IMG/VR virus record: IMGVR_UViG_2711768002_000013
Origin: a virus
Lineage: Duplodnaviria; Heunggongvirae; Uroviricota; Caudoviricetes
Strand: one strand, 5' to 3'
Length of the DNA: 53,159 nucleotides
The position numbers and the translations under genes were made by a program. The notes beneath the pieces were generated by a model, which made no database searches, was not told where the DNA came from, and was given only the letters and a program-made list of their open reading frames with translations. Numbering within the stretch: position 1 is the stretch's first letter; every line of letters begins with the position of its first letter. This document shows, piece after piece, positions 9,790 to 19,281 of the stretch.

Positions 9790-9795
9790 CTGACC

Positions 9796-10542
9796 ATGAA
9801 AAATATTGCGACAGGCGACGTTCTTGAACGTATCCGCAGACTGGCCCCGTCACATGTAACCGCGCCATTCAAGACGGTAGCGGAGTGGCGCGAGTGGCAA
9901 CTTTCCGAAGGCCAGAAACGTTGTGAGGAGATCAACCGTCAGAATCGTCAGTTGCGGGTGGAAAAAATTCTGAATCGCTCTGGCATCCAGCCATTGCACC
10001 GCAAATGCTCGTTTTCGAATTACCAGGTGCAGAACGAAGCGCAGCGATACGCGTTGAGTCAGGCGAAATCCATCGCTGATGAACTGATGACCGGGTGTAC
10101 AAATTTTGCGTTCAGCGGAAAACCTGGTACCGGGAAGAACCACTTAGCGGCAGCTATCGGGAATCGCCTGCTGAAAGACGGTCAGACAGTGATTGTGGTT
10201 ACCGTGGCTGATGTTATGAGTGCCCTGCACGCCAGCTATGACGATGGGCAGTCAGGCGAAAAATTTTTGCGGGAACTATGCGAAGTGGATCTGCTGGTTC
10301 TTGATGAAATTGGCATTCAGCGCGAGACGAAAAACGAGCAGGTGGTGCTGCACCAGATTGTTGATCGCCGGACAGCGTCGATGCGCAGCGTGGGGATGCT
10401 GACAAACCTGAACTATGAGGCCATGAAAACATTGCTCGGCGAGCGGATTATGGATCGCATGACCATGAACGGCGGGCGATGGGTGAATTTTAACTGGGAG
10501 AGCTGGCGTCCGAATGTCGTCCAGCCAGGAATTGAGAAGTAA
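9796..10542 (+). CDS. ydaV: DnaC-like helicase loader (AAA+ ATPase)
   Basis: 248 aa; Walker [16 protein letters not shown], Walker [10 protein letters not shown]; directly downstream of the initiator gene. Confidence 0.85.
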   Translation: MKNIATGDVLERIRRLAPSHVTAPFKTVAEWREWQLSEGQKRCEEINRQNRQLRVEKILNRSGIQPLHRKCSFSNYQVQNEAQRYALSQAKSIADELMTGCTNFAFSGKPGTGKNHLAAAIGNRLLKDGQTVIVVTVADVMSALHASYDDGQSGEKFLRELCEVDLLVLDEIGIQRETKNEQVVLHQIVDRRTASMRSVGMLTNLNYEAMKTLLGERIMDRMTMNGGRWVNFNWESWRPNVVQPGIEK

Positions 10543-10564
10543 TTTTTACCGGGAGGAAATTTTT

Positions 10565-11326
10565 ATGGAGACTGTTTTTGACGCACTGAAAGCAATGGGA
10601 AAAGCCACATCCATAGAACTTGCTGCGCGACTTGATATCAGTCGTGAAGAAGTGCTGAACGAACTATGGGAACTGAAAAAAGCTGGTTTCGTTGATAAAA
10701 GCGCGTACACCTGGCGTGTGGCTGATAACAACGTTCAGCAGGAACAGCCAATGCAGGCAGAACTGCCGGAAGAAACCACCACGGCAACTGTAGTGAAAAT
10801 CTCAGAGTGCGATTTAACCGCGACGATTGAACAACGCGGACCACAAACGGCGGATGAACTGGCTACGCTGTTCGGTACAACATCCCGCAAAGTTGCTTCA
10901 ACGCTGGCAATGGCAATCAGCAAAGGACGCCTGATTCGCGTAAACCAGAACAGTAAATTTCGTTACTGCATGCCGGGCGATAATTTACCAGCAGAGCCGA
11001 AAGCTGCATCGGTAGCGGAAACTGATGGTAAAGCCTTTCCTCAGCCAGCCGGTGTTGCGTTACCAGTACAGGAAGCGGCAACACAGGAAGATATTAAAAC
11101 AGAAACTGTGGCGGACATTGTGCAGTCGCTGCCATCGTTTACTGAAACGCAAGCGGATGACCTAGTTTTACCATCGCTGCATATGGCAAACCGCGAACTG
11201 CGTCGGGCGAAAAATCATGTCCAGAAGTGGGAGCGAGTCTGCGCCGCGCTGCGGGAGCTGAACAAGCACCGGGATATTGTCCGACAGATTGTCGATTCCT
11301 CCAGTCGTATTGTGTCGGAAAAGTGA
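10565..11326 (+). CDS. ydaW: YdaW-like protein with N-terminal winged-helix-like segment
   Basis: ATG 10565 preceded by GGGAGGAAA; begins [30 protein letters not shown]. Confidence 0.5.
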   Translation: METVFDALKAMGKATSIELAARLDISREEVLNELWELKKAGFVDKSAYTWRVADNNVQQEQPMQAELPEETTTATVVKISECDLTATIEQRGPQTADELATLFGTTSRKVASTLAMAISKGRLIRVNQNSKFRYCMPGDNLPAEPKAASVAETDGKAFPQPAGVALPVQEAATQEDIKTETVADIVQSLPSFTETQADDLVLPSLHMANRELRRAKNHVQKWERVCAALRELNKHRDIVRQIVDSSSRIVSEK

Positions 11327-11341
11327 TTGCCGGAGGCGCTT

Positions 11342-11758
11342 ATGGCAAAAGTTTTTACACAGGAAGAGCGTGAAAAAATTAAGGAGCAGGTTGTTGAGTT
11401 GGTACGCCAGAGTGGGCGCGAGACGTTAAGGCAACTGGAGGCCAAGACAGGTGCGACAAGATATCTGATGAGCATTCTTGCCAGAGAGTTGGTTGCCAGT
11501 GGCGATGTATACAACTCTGGCTATGGGTTATTCCCGTCTGAACAGGCTCGTAAGGATTGGAAAAACGCCCGCAAAAAACTATCCAGGGCAAAGGTGAAAA
11601 AAACGGTTGTGGTTGATCCTGACCTTATCTGGTCATTACCAGACGGAGAAATACGCCGCTATGACAGGCGTCAGAACATAATCTGTCGCGAGTGCCGGAA
11701 GAGTGAAGTTATGAAACGTGTACTGGCATTTTATCAAGGAAATCTTCGGTATTTATAG
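11342..11758 (+). CDS. Hypothetical phage protein
   Basis: ATG 11342 with GGAGG 5 nt upstream; 138 aa; no recognisable motif. Confidence 0.4.
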   Translation: MAKVFTQEEREKIKEQVVELVRQSGRETLRQLEAKTGATRYLMSILARELVASGDVYNSGYGLFPSEQARKDWKNARKKLSRAKVKKTVVVDPDLIWSLPDGEIRRYDRRQNIICRECRKSEVMKRVLAFYQGNLRYL

Positions 11759-11896
11759 ACGTTACTAGATCAAAGAGCATTAGTTCATATGTAAATTGAC
11801 ATTTTTCTGGCACAGGGGAGAGCTAGCGTGGTTGTCCGCTTTGTGCCAATAGCGGACATTGCTGGCTCATGGTATGTTAGTTTAAGGAGGCAGGTT

Positions 11897-12919
11897 ATGC
11901 CCTGTATTTCGCTGTGGTATAATAGTTGCGCAATTGATACAAGGGAGCGTTACATCGTGAAAATTGTTTTCGAGGTTAATGGAAAGAAAGTTCCACTAAA
12001 ATCTTTAAAATACATAAGCAAAAAAGATCAACTCGAAGTAATGAAAAACTGGTTCTTTGAAAACTTTGAAGATCCGGCAAATGCTTGTCCGTATGAAAGT
12101 AGAGAAGGTGGCTATGCTTACATATATGGCGGGCCGTATGATGCGAGCGAAGAACTACAATCCATCTTCGGTCAATATGTTAAATCTGAGTATATTGAGG
12201 AATTAGTAGATGAATTACAAACACAATGTTTTGACTGGTCTGGAAACTCAAATAATATAGATGATTGGTACGATGATGATATCTACGACGCTGTAACGTC
12301 TTCCGGTAATCCGTATTTAAAATTCATTGATAATATCGATAAAATAAAAAAACTTGCAAAAGATAAAACTGAACAACAGCAAAAAAACCACTTGCTTAGT
12401 TTGCTCTACACGAATGTTATTACAGCTTTGGAAACGCTTTATGTTGAGCTATTCATTAATTCTATAGAGAAAGATGATGTCTACATAGCCAATTGTATAG
12501 AAAAAGGTAAGACTGAATTTAAAGTAAGCAAAGATATTGCTGCGTTGCCTTTCAAGGGTGAACCCATCGAGAAAATTAGGGGAGAGCTAATCAGGTCAAT
12601 CAAGGAACACTTGATCAGTGCAAGCTGGCATAGCACTAAAAAGGTAATCGACCGCTATGAAGCTACATTCGATATAAAAGTACAAAAAGACTGTCCGATA
12701 GAAGCTATTGAATTGGCAACCCTCAATCGAAATCACTTAGTGCATCGTGGTGGAAAGGATAAAGAAGGGAACCTCGTAGTGATTACAGACCAGGATCTTG
12801 AAACGCTGATTGAAAATGCATCGAACCTGGCAATTATGCTCTACAACAGTTTAAATGTAGCAACGAATAAAACCACCATTTTGCAACCAGATGACAAACC
12901 GTTCATTCATGAATTTTAA
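11897..12919 (+). CDS. Hypothetical protein of AT-rich cargo cassette (gene 1); weak HEPN-like R-x4-H motif
   Basis: Perfect Shine-Dalgarno AAGGAGG 6 nt before ATG 11897; 340 aa; visibly AT-rich compared with neighbours; C-terminal NRNHLVHRG; in-frame GTG 11957 with AAGGGAG is an alternative start. Confidence 0.6.
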   Translation: MPCISLWYNSCAIDTRERYIVKIVFEVNGKKVPLKSLKYISKKDQLEVMKNWFFENFEDPANACPYESREGGYAYIYGGPYDASEELQSIFGQYVKSEYIEELVDELQTQCFDWSGNSNNIDDWYDDDIYDAVTSSGNPYLKFIDNIDKIKKLAKDKTEQQQKNHLLSLLYTNVITALETLYVELFINSIEKDDVYIANCIEKGKTEFKVSKDIAALPFKGEPIEKIRGELIRSIKEHLISASWHSTKKVIDRYEATFDIKVQKDCPIEAIELATLNRNHLVHRGGKDKEGNLVVITDQDLETLIENASNLAIMLYNSLNVATNKTTILQPDDKPFIHEF

Positions 12920-12934
12920 TAGCGCAGGTCATAC

Positions 12935-13936
12935 ATGGATATTCGCACACGAAAGACAAAATTTTTAGAGTCGTTAGATTCAACTGAAGTGATACGCAAA
13001 GCAGTAAGTCTCGCTATAGATTGCATTATTGATAATCATAATAGTAATGAAGATACCCCCTTAGTTATTACCAGCTATGATGATCTCTGTAGAATCCAGG
13101 TGCTAAATTATGTACAGGAGTTTTGCGAAGCTGCATTCCCTGATATGGATGAATATTACTTTAGTCCTAACATACTTCGCATCAACGGCAAGACTAGTGA
13201 AGAAGCTTGTATTAACTTAATTAAACTCTTAAGAAGTACAAAAGGCATGCTATTCTGGTCCGATGCCCCATCGTGGTTCGCTAGCCTCCCCGACGGATTA
13301 TTCCATGTTGTTAACATTGATCAAAAAATCGTTACTCGCGGCCTTAATAAGAAAAACTCTAAGCCGACAATAATCAATAAAGATTACAGTGTAGATACAC
13401 TACTATCAGAGCTATTTTTGAATGGCGCACACATGGAGCAACCCAACGTACACAACGTTTCTGAGGGAAACATGAAGTTCTATGATGAATGCCATGCTGG
13501 ATTAATCAGACCAATACCCGCTCCAATAGGCGCGTCATACGATGAAGAGATCACAATTAATTCTCCAGATTGGCAAAAGCTCGCGTGTGTAGCTTTACGC
13601 CGCTATCAGTCGAAGGAATGTCATGACGGAATGCAATGGGATACAACCGATCATGGTTGGACTGATGTAATCGCGTATCCATTCGTCGAAGAAATACAAT
13701 CAATGGATAATAGTGGTTATCGACAATGTTTAGTTGGGCTGGTCACAATAAACAATTCAAATGCAAATTCTCCGTACCTATCTACCGTTTGGATACATCC
13801 ATTTTATCGCAGGAGAGGGTTATTAAGTAAGTTATGGCCAAAATTACAAGAGTTATATGGAAGTAACTTCGAAATTGAGCGACCTAATGAAAATATGAAA
13901 GCATTTCTGAAAAGTGCGAAACACGCAGATTACTAA
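12935..13936 (+). CDS. Hypothetical protein of AT-rich cargo cassette (gene 2); possible GNAT-like C-terminus
   Basis: 333-aa ORF 15 nt after gene 1, same strand and base composition; C-terminal VWIHPFYRRRGLLSKLW resembles an acetyltransferase motif A, but weakly. Confidence 0.55.
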   Translation: MDIRTRKTKFLESLDSTEVIRKAVSLAIDCIIDNHNSNEDTPLVITSYDDLCRIQVLNYVQEFCEAAFPDMDEYYFSPNILRINGKTSEEACINLIKLLRSTKGMLFWSDAPSWFASLPDGLFHVVNIDQKIVTRGLNKKNSKPTIINKDYSVDTLLSELFLNGAHMEQPNVHNVSEGNMKFYDECHAGLIRPIPAPIGASYDEEITINSPDWQKLACVALRRYQSKECHDGMQWDTTDHGWTDVIAYPFVEEIQSMDNSGYRQCLVGLVTINNSNANSPYLSTVWIHPFYRRRGLLSKLWPKLQELYGSNFEIERPNENMKAFLKSAKHADY

Positions 13937-14113
13937 TTTATGAATCAGTCTGTGGAGTTAGGGTTGGTGTGAACAAGTAGGGTAAGAGCCTCAACGTGAT
14001 GCTATGCCGACCTGCTCCCTGAGAATTCACACAGAAGGCTGCTAGCAATGTCTGCAGATCGCTCAAAGCGGACTAAAATGTTGGCTTGTTTCTGACTTAG
14101 AGCATTTAAGGAA

Positions 14114-14338
14114 GTGCTGGTGGTGACTGGTTGTTGTGTTCCATTTCTACAGAATAAAATCACAGAAACTATACCCAATAGTTGTATTGAATCACTGACG
14201 AGACAGCCTCATATTTATCAGGACTGGTGTGCGTCTAATACAGGGGGTTGTCGTGCTGGTTCTCAAATGTGCGCTGGCTATTGCGGCTGTAATGGCAATT
14301 TATTGTCTTGCTGTTGTTCTTATGGAGCGGCTTTCTGA
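14114..14338 (+). CDS. Cys-rich small ORF (13 Cys in 74 codons), speculative
   Basis: AAGGAAG immediately upstream of GTG codons at 14114/14120/14123; C-terminal GGCRAGSQMCAGYCGCNGNLLSCCCSYGAAF; may be a chance ORF. Confidence 0.2.
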   Translation: MLVVTGCCVPFLQNKITETIPNSCIESLTRQPHIYQDWCASNTGGCRAGSQMCAGYCGCNGNLLSCCCSYGAAF

Positions 14339-14497
14339 TTGATTACATACTGGCTAGAAAAAAGGTGTTACCTTGGTTTATCTTTGTCCGGCAAGGTGCG
14401 CTCATTAATCTTAAGTAAATTTATTGCTCAAGTATTCAGATTACTTCTTATGGTTGAAGTCTCCTGTCAATGTAGAACCAATATATTTACAAAAATG

Positions 14498-14530
14498 AGA
14501 CCCGTCGGGGATAGCCCTGCCGGGTCTGAC
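14498..14530 (-). terminator. Possible intrinsic terminator downstream of the YeaR-like gene
   Basis: GACCCG..CGGGTC stem with a 16-nt loop; T-run on the minus strand immediately 3' of it. Confidence 0.3.
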
Positions 14531-14556
14531 TGTTAAAGCATTTTTAATATGATCAT

Positions 14557-14895
14557 CTATTTTTTGGTGCTATAGACTTTTTCGCCCGAAAAGTCTGGAG
14601 CGACCCAAAAGTTAATATTAAACTGAGCATCATCGCTTAGTTCAACACGGTGCCAGTATTGTGGTGGGCTTGTTGCAAAAGCGCCAGCATTAATGACTAC
14701 TTTTATCTCCGGTTCAGTAGCATTCTCATCAGTAAAACCATAATATGTTACAGTGCCTTCCATTACGCACAACTGCCCAAAAACACCTGCTGCTGTATTA
14801 TGATGTGTTAATAACGCTGAAGGTACGTTCTCTTTTGTGAAGAACGGAGTTGAGCGTTTGATTACCCAATCTTTAGGAATTCTCTTGTGTGTCAT
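14557..14895 (-). CDS. Small DUF1971 / YeaR-like protein
   Basis: ATG 14895 preceded by GGAGGAGG; 112 aa; RSTPFFTKENVP..YYGFTDENATEPE..YWHRVE..FNINFWVAPD pattern resembles YeaR-family proteins as I recall them. Confidence 0.45.
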   Translation of the reverse strand: MTHKRIPKDWVIKRSTPFFTKENVPSALLTHHNTAAGVFGQLCVMEGTVTYYGFTDENATEPEIKVVINAGAFATSPPQYWHRVELSDDAQFNINFWVAPDFSGEKVYSTKK

Positions 14896-15708
14896 AACCA
14901 CCTCCTCCAAAACATGCATTAAAAATGCATCTTTTGGAGGGTTATGTCAAGCTGTTATGAAACACATAATTGATATGTTGATTAGAGGAGAAGATAGAAT
15001 AAATATGGTTGTTTTTCGTATAACTATTTGTTTTACTTTTAGTTTATGCATTCTGTGTGTTAGGAATAAGTTATTAAAGTTTAATCAAAAAATCTCGATG
15101 TAGTCCACATAGATTACTGTTACTGAACCTTATTGTGTGTATTAGTTGTGTTCTGAAATTTCAGCTTAATTATTTATGATGTATTTTTTAACGATAAATA
15201 TTTTCCCAGGATACCTTTACTGTGTATATAAATAAATTATATACGCATAAATAATGTAAAGGCGTCCTTTTAGATATATCTTATCAAATGTTAATGACTT
15301 GAGTGGGAAATATGATTCCAGCAACTTATCATGTGGCTACTTTATAAAAATAATGCCCATATAAAACAACAAGCGAAAAGGATTACGGATAAAAAAGGAG
15401 CGAGATGTGCGAACTTGTTATTTTCCATGTTTAACCACCTTAAATAATTGATGATGACGGGATGATTGCATCTGTAATGCTTTTATTGAAATGTTATGAT
15501 AAAAAAGAACTTTTGCATAACATTAAAATGTAATTTATCTAATCGTTTTTAATAATAAGTGTCGTATTTCTATCCTTGTACCAGCTATTTGATATGTAGT
15601 GTTTGTTCATGCTATGTGGGGCTTTACACCATAGCCAGTTTATTTATACTTTATTCGTCAGCCTGAACAACTGGCATCTGCTGCGCTGCGCCATCGAGAG
15701 ATTGAGAA

Positions 15709-16308
15709 ATGGCGCATATACAACTGGTCAAACAAACCTCTTCTGGTTTACTTCTCCCGGCGACGCCGGAGAGTTGCGATTTTCTGCATCAAATCAAAAT
15801 AGGTGAGTGGATACACGCAGACTTTAAGCGTGTGCGTAACTACGCATTCCACAAGCGTTTTTTCAAACTCCTGCAACTGGGATTCGATTACTGGACTCCG
15901 GTCGGTGGGGCGATCACGCCTCGCGAACGAGAACTGCTGTCTGGTTTCGTTGATTACCTGTGCGAATCAGTTGGTCGGGAACACACGCCAGCCCTGAGTG
16001 ATGCCGCAGAGCAATACCTTAACACCGTTGCGACTCGTAGAACCCGGGATACGGCGTTGCTAAAGTCGTTTGAGGCTTTCCGCGAGTGGGTAACCATTCA
16101 GGCCGGATTTTACACCGAGCATATTTATCCGGACGGTAGCCGTGGGCGTCGGGCAAAATCCATCGCTTTTGCGAATATGGACGAAGTCGAGTTTCAGCAG
16201 GTTTATAAATCTGTACTGAATGTGCTGTGGAACTGGATTCTGTTCCGTAAATTCTCCTCTCAGGAGGAAGTTGAAAATGTGGCCGCACAACTACTGGAGT
16301 TTGCGTAA
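15709..16308 (+). CDS. Nin-region phage protein (DUF1367-like)
   Basis: 199-aa ORF upstream of the ybcO-like and Q-like genes; preceded by a ~600-bp AT-rich noncoding region. Confidence 0.45.
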   Translation: MAHIQLVKQTSSGLLLPATPESCDFLHQIKIGEWIHADFKRVRNYAFHKRFFKLLQLGFDYWTPVGGAITPRERELLSGFVDYLCESVGREHTPALSDAAEQYLNTVATRRTRDTALLKSFEAFREWVTIQAGFYTEHIYPDGSRGRRAKSIAFANMDEVEFQQVYKSVLNVLWNWILFRKFSSQEEVENVAAQLLEFA

Positions 16309-16598
16309 TGGTGAATTTACGTAAAGCGGCTAAAGGCCAGATGTGCCAGATCAGAATCCCTGGCTACTGCAATCACAATCCCGAAACCTCTGTGCTGGCG
16401 CATTACAGGCTGGCGGGGACGTGCGGAACAGCGACAAAACCACATGATATGCAGGCGGCGATAGCCTGTAGCTCATGCCACGATCTAATCGACGGGCGGG
16501 TAAAAACCAGCGATTACACCAAAGAAGAATTGCGCCTGATGCATGCTGAAGGGGTTTTTCGCACACAAGAAATCTGGAGAAAGAAAGGTCATTTATGA
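16308..16598 (+). CDS. YbcO-like Cys-rich putative nuclease (DUF1364)
   Basis: 96 aa with CQIRIPGYC...CSSCHD cysteine cluster; start overlaps the upstream stop. Confidence 0.55.
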   Translation: MVNLRKAAKGQMCQIRIPGYCNHNPETSVLAHYRLAGTCGTATKPHDMQAAIACSSCHDLIDGRVKTSDYTKEELRLMHAEGVFRTQEIWRKKGHL

Positions 16599-17137
16599 TT
16601 TACCCAACGAATACAGGAAAAAGCGGAGAACACCTTCGCCTCACCACGCTGGAAAGTGTCTGGATTCAGGGAAAACTACGTATGTGGGGGCGCTGGTCGT
16701 ATATTGGCGGTGGCAGGTCAGGGAATATGTTCAATCAGTTGTTGGCATCCAAAAAACTGACGAAAACAGCCATTAATGAAGCCCTGCGCAGAATGAAAAA
16801 AGCGGGAATAGAGAAAGCTGAGCTGGAAGCGTTTTTGCGAGAGATGATCAACGGCAAGCAAAAGAGCTGGCTGGCGCATTGTACTGATGCAGAGGCGTTA
16901 TGTATTGATCGAGTCATAAGTGAGGTGCTGGCAGAGCATCCAGGATTGATTTGCATTCTCCGGCAACGCTATGAAGGGCGGGGGATGACTAAGCGCAAAA
17001 TGGCTGAATTGCTAAATGATGCACACCCAGAGTGGTGTTTTAGCACATGCGAAAAACGGATTGCTAATTGGTTAGCTGTTGCTGAGTATGCCCTATATAT
17101 TCCCATGCGTGAATCATTTGCTGAGAAAATGGCTTGA
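16595..17137 (+). CDS. Putative late-gene antiterminator Q-like protein
   Basis: 180 aa with Cys pairs (HCTDAEALC, WCFSTCEKR); last gene before an intrinsic terminator and the lysis region, as for Q/pR'/tR'. Confidence 0.5.
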   Translation: MIYPTNTGKSGEHLRLTTLESVWIQGKLRMWGRWSYIGGGRSGNMFNQLLASKKLTKTAINEALRRMKKAGIEKAELEAFLREMINGKQKSWLAHCTDAEALCIDRVISEVLAEHPGLICILRQRYEGRGMTKRKMAELLNDAHPEWCFSTCEKRIANWLAVAEYALYIPMRESFAEKMA

Positions 17138-17217
17138 TTTCTTACGTATAAACTGCTTCAATTTTGCTATGCTTCGCAAAGCTGTATCGCGAGGCGGATT
17201 GCAGACATGGACATCGT

Positions 17218-17244
17218 AAAAAAACCGCTTAATGCGGTTTTTTT
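17218..17244 (+). terminator. Intrinsic terminator (tR'-like) downstream of the Q-like gene
   Basis: AAACCGC-TTAAT-GCGGTTT hairpin followed by a T7 run. Confidence 0.6.
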
Positions 17245-17564
17245 ACGTCAGGAAAGCAGGGGAGAATGCTGCTAGTTGGGCAACTGGTCTTTCTGCTCCA
17301 AATTATAACAGAGACCAGTTATAGTTTCGGTGCTGTGTTTTTTTTACAATATTGTGATAACACATTGCTGGCGGGAGTTTTGATATTTCTTGGCAGGGGC
17401 TGATGATGCGTTATCCTGATGTCGTCAACTCATATAAAATGAGATGAGAGATCATTGCAGGGTGGTTTGTAATTCGCTGTTTAGCGGGACAATATGTTGT
17501 CTGATACAAGACACCCGACGCCTCAGATTACTATAATAAAGACGAAGCATCCTTTGTATTGACC

Positions 17565-17590
17565 AACCGCCTGTTTAGGCGGTTCTTTTT
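17565..17590 (+). terminator. Second intrinsic terminator in the Q-to-lysis spacer
   Basis: AACCGCC-TGTTTA-GGCGGTT hairpin followed by CTTTTT. Confidence 0.55.
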
Positions 17591-18122
17591 GGGCTGGTTT
17601 ATTGTATGCCAAATGATTATTAAAAAGGTTGTGTTAATAACAAGATCCGAAATAATATGCCTGCATATTTTTATCTTGCTTATATTCTGCATATTGTGCA
17701 TAGCAGGCTCATCCCTGCAATCAAAACTGTATGATGAGTATTTTTTGTTTTCCTTTTTTCCAGTCATCTGATGATGACCTGCTTCTTTTTAATCCGGATC
17801 GACATCAGTTTTTTAAGATAATTCCTGCGAGTTATATGCATAAATGCCACAAACTCCGCATTTTATGTGGTTGGGAGTTGCCGGGCGCGCAGTGAGTTTG
17901 CTAAGAAAACTCCTGCATGGTGAATCCCCCTGTGCGGTGGGGTGATACCATTAACCTTTTCTGTCGCCGACAGGTATCACGAACATTTTGTTCACCGGGA
18001 GGCACCCGGCACCATGCACTTCAATAGATTCTCTCCACATTATGGATATTCTTTCAGAATATCCCACGCAGACTTTGTGTAAATGTTAACAAATGTGCGT
18101 TTTATTTGATCTGATTCGCTGT

Positions 18123-18152
18123 TTGAGCGTCCAAAACAACGGTATATATAAT
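18123..18152 (+). promoter_or_regulatory. sigma70-type promoter for the lipoprotein cassette
   Basis: -35 TTGAGC (18123..18128), 18-nt spacer, -10 TATAAT (18147..18152); GAGGAAA Shine-Dalgarno before ATG 18182. Confidence 0.5.
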
Positions 18153-18181
18153 CCTTTACTATATGACATATGTGAGGAAAA

Positions 18182-18610
18182 ATGGGTTTTCGTAGCGCAT
18201 CAATTCTTACGTTGATTATTAGTGGGATTATTATCGGGTGCACTGATGCTGTATCGACAAATTATCATGACCGTACATCATATTACTCCGATAAAGCAAT
18301 AGAGACACAGTATGTGAGTTCATCTGAACGTACTTCTGATGTTAGTGAGGATATCCGTCTGTATGCCCATCAAATCAAGAGCGCCATCGAAAAACAGTTC
18401 GGGGATGCGAGTAAGTATTCAGGAAAAGAGTGTACACTGAGAATGCATATGGCCCCGAATGGCCTTCTACTGGAGGTTAAAAGAGAAAGTGGAGACCTCG
18501 ATTTATGTCGTGAAGCGATGAATGCGATAAAGAATGCTGATATACCTGCCCCCCCTTCGCCGGAAGTATATAAAGTATTTCAAAATGGGGTGCTGGATTT
18601 TAAACCCTGA
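18182..18610 (+). CDS. Lipoprotein with TolA C-terminal (domain III)-like domain
   Basis: Signal peptide with lipobox IIGC; C-terminal YAHQIKSAIEKQFGDASKYSGKECTLRMHMAPNGLLLEVKRESGDLDLCREAMNAIKNADIPAPPSPEVYKVFQNGVLDFKP closely resembles the TolA C-terminus as I recall it, including two Cys. Confidence 0.7.
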   Translation: MGFRSASILTLIISGIIIGCTDAVSTNYHDRTSYYSDKAIETQYVSSSERTSDVSEDIRLYAHQIKSAIEKQFGDASKYSGKECTLRMHMAPNGLLLEVKRESGDLDLCREAMNAIKNADIPAPPSPEVYKVFQNGVLDFKP

Positions 18611-18760
18611 TATTTATTGTTTTGTAATAAACGGTTTCGGCTTAGGTTTGTTCTGACACAGCTACGGCACTGAGCTAAATTTAGCGGATAGTCAGCTCTG
18701 AGCCAGTGGCGGACGTAACAACTACTATTGCTGAGATTTTAATGGATTGAGGAGCAAGAA

Positions 18761-19156
18761 GTGGGATTAAAGAAAATCGTTATGTTGACTTTTTGGGTCG
18801 GTTTTGTTGCGGGATGCACACCTTTACACCCTTCAGATTGCCACAAAACTACTGCTACAGGTAGTTGCAGTTCAGGACGCTGGGATGATCAGGATGAATG
18901 GGGGGCGCAAGCGCGGGGAATCAGAGCTGCAATTAATGCCAAACTTGATGAGCCGCATAACTGGAAAGGGAAAAAATGCAGGTTGCATATGGAATTCTCT
19001 CAGGATGGCACGGCGTTAAAAATATCTACCAGTAACGGTGATAAAGCCTATTGCGAAGCGATAAAGTCCGCAGCTCATAAAGCCAAATTTCCGGCCTTCA
19101 ACAATCCGGAAGTCTACAGAGATTTTCAGAAATCTGGCTTTGACATGCGAGGTTAG
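18761..19156 (+). CDS. Paralogous lipoprotein with divergent TolA-domain-III-like C-terminus
   Basis: GTG start after GAGGAG; lipobox VAGC; C-terminal KKCRLHMEFSQDGTALKISTSNGDKAYCEAIKSAAHKAKFPAFNNPEVYRDFQKSGF aligns with the upstream paralogue and TolA. Confidence 0.65.
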   Translation: MGLKKIVMLTFWVGFVAGCTPLHPSDCHKTTATGSCSSGRWDDQDEWGAQARGIRAAINAKLDEPHNWKGKKCRLHMEFSQDGTALKISTSNGDKAYCEAIKSAAHKAKFPAFNNPEVYRDFQKSGFDMRG

Positions 19157-19281
19157 CTCTTCAATTACTATATCTCATTCATAGCAAACTGACAGATTTG
19201 ATGATGTTCTATATACGAAACCTGTGATGTCAAGTCTGAGCTAATACAAATAAACATAATATCAGAGAAATACATTTTATT

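Noticed and set aside
9360-9935. 191-aa ORF on the minus strand
   Set aside because: Antisense to the replication genes ydaU and ydaV, which have clear motifs.
11796-11824. TTGACA -35 hexamer and TGGCAC sigma54-like element upstream of the cargo cassette as its promoter
   Set aside because: No acceptable -10 at 16-18 bp spacing and no TTGC -12 element at the right distance; promoter left unassigned.
17613-17771. 52-codon hydrophobic ORF (MIIKKVVLITRSEIICLHIFILLIFCILCIAG..) as a possible Hok-like membrane toxin
   Set aside because: Starts immediately after an intrinsic terminator, has no clear Shine-Dalgarno, and does not match the Hok sequence pattern; left unannotated as a gene.
17245-18180. 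tRNA genes in the Q-to-lysis spacer, as carried by some lambdoid phages
   Set aside because: No cloverleaf-compatible segment or T-arm GTTCGA-type motif found by eye; only terminator hairpins are present.
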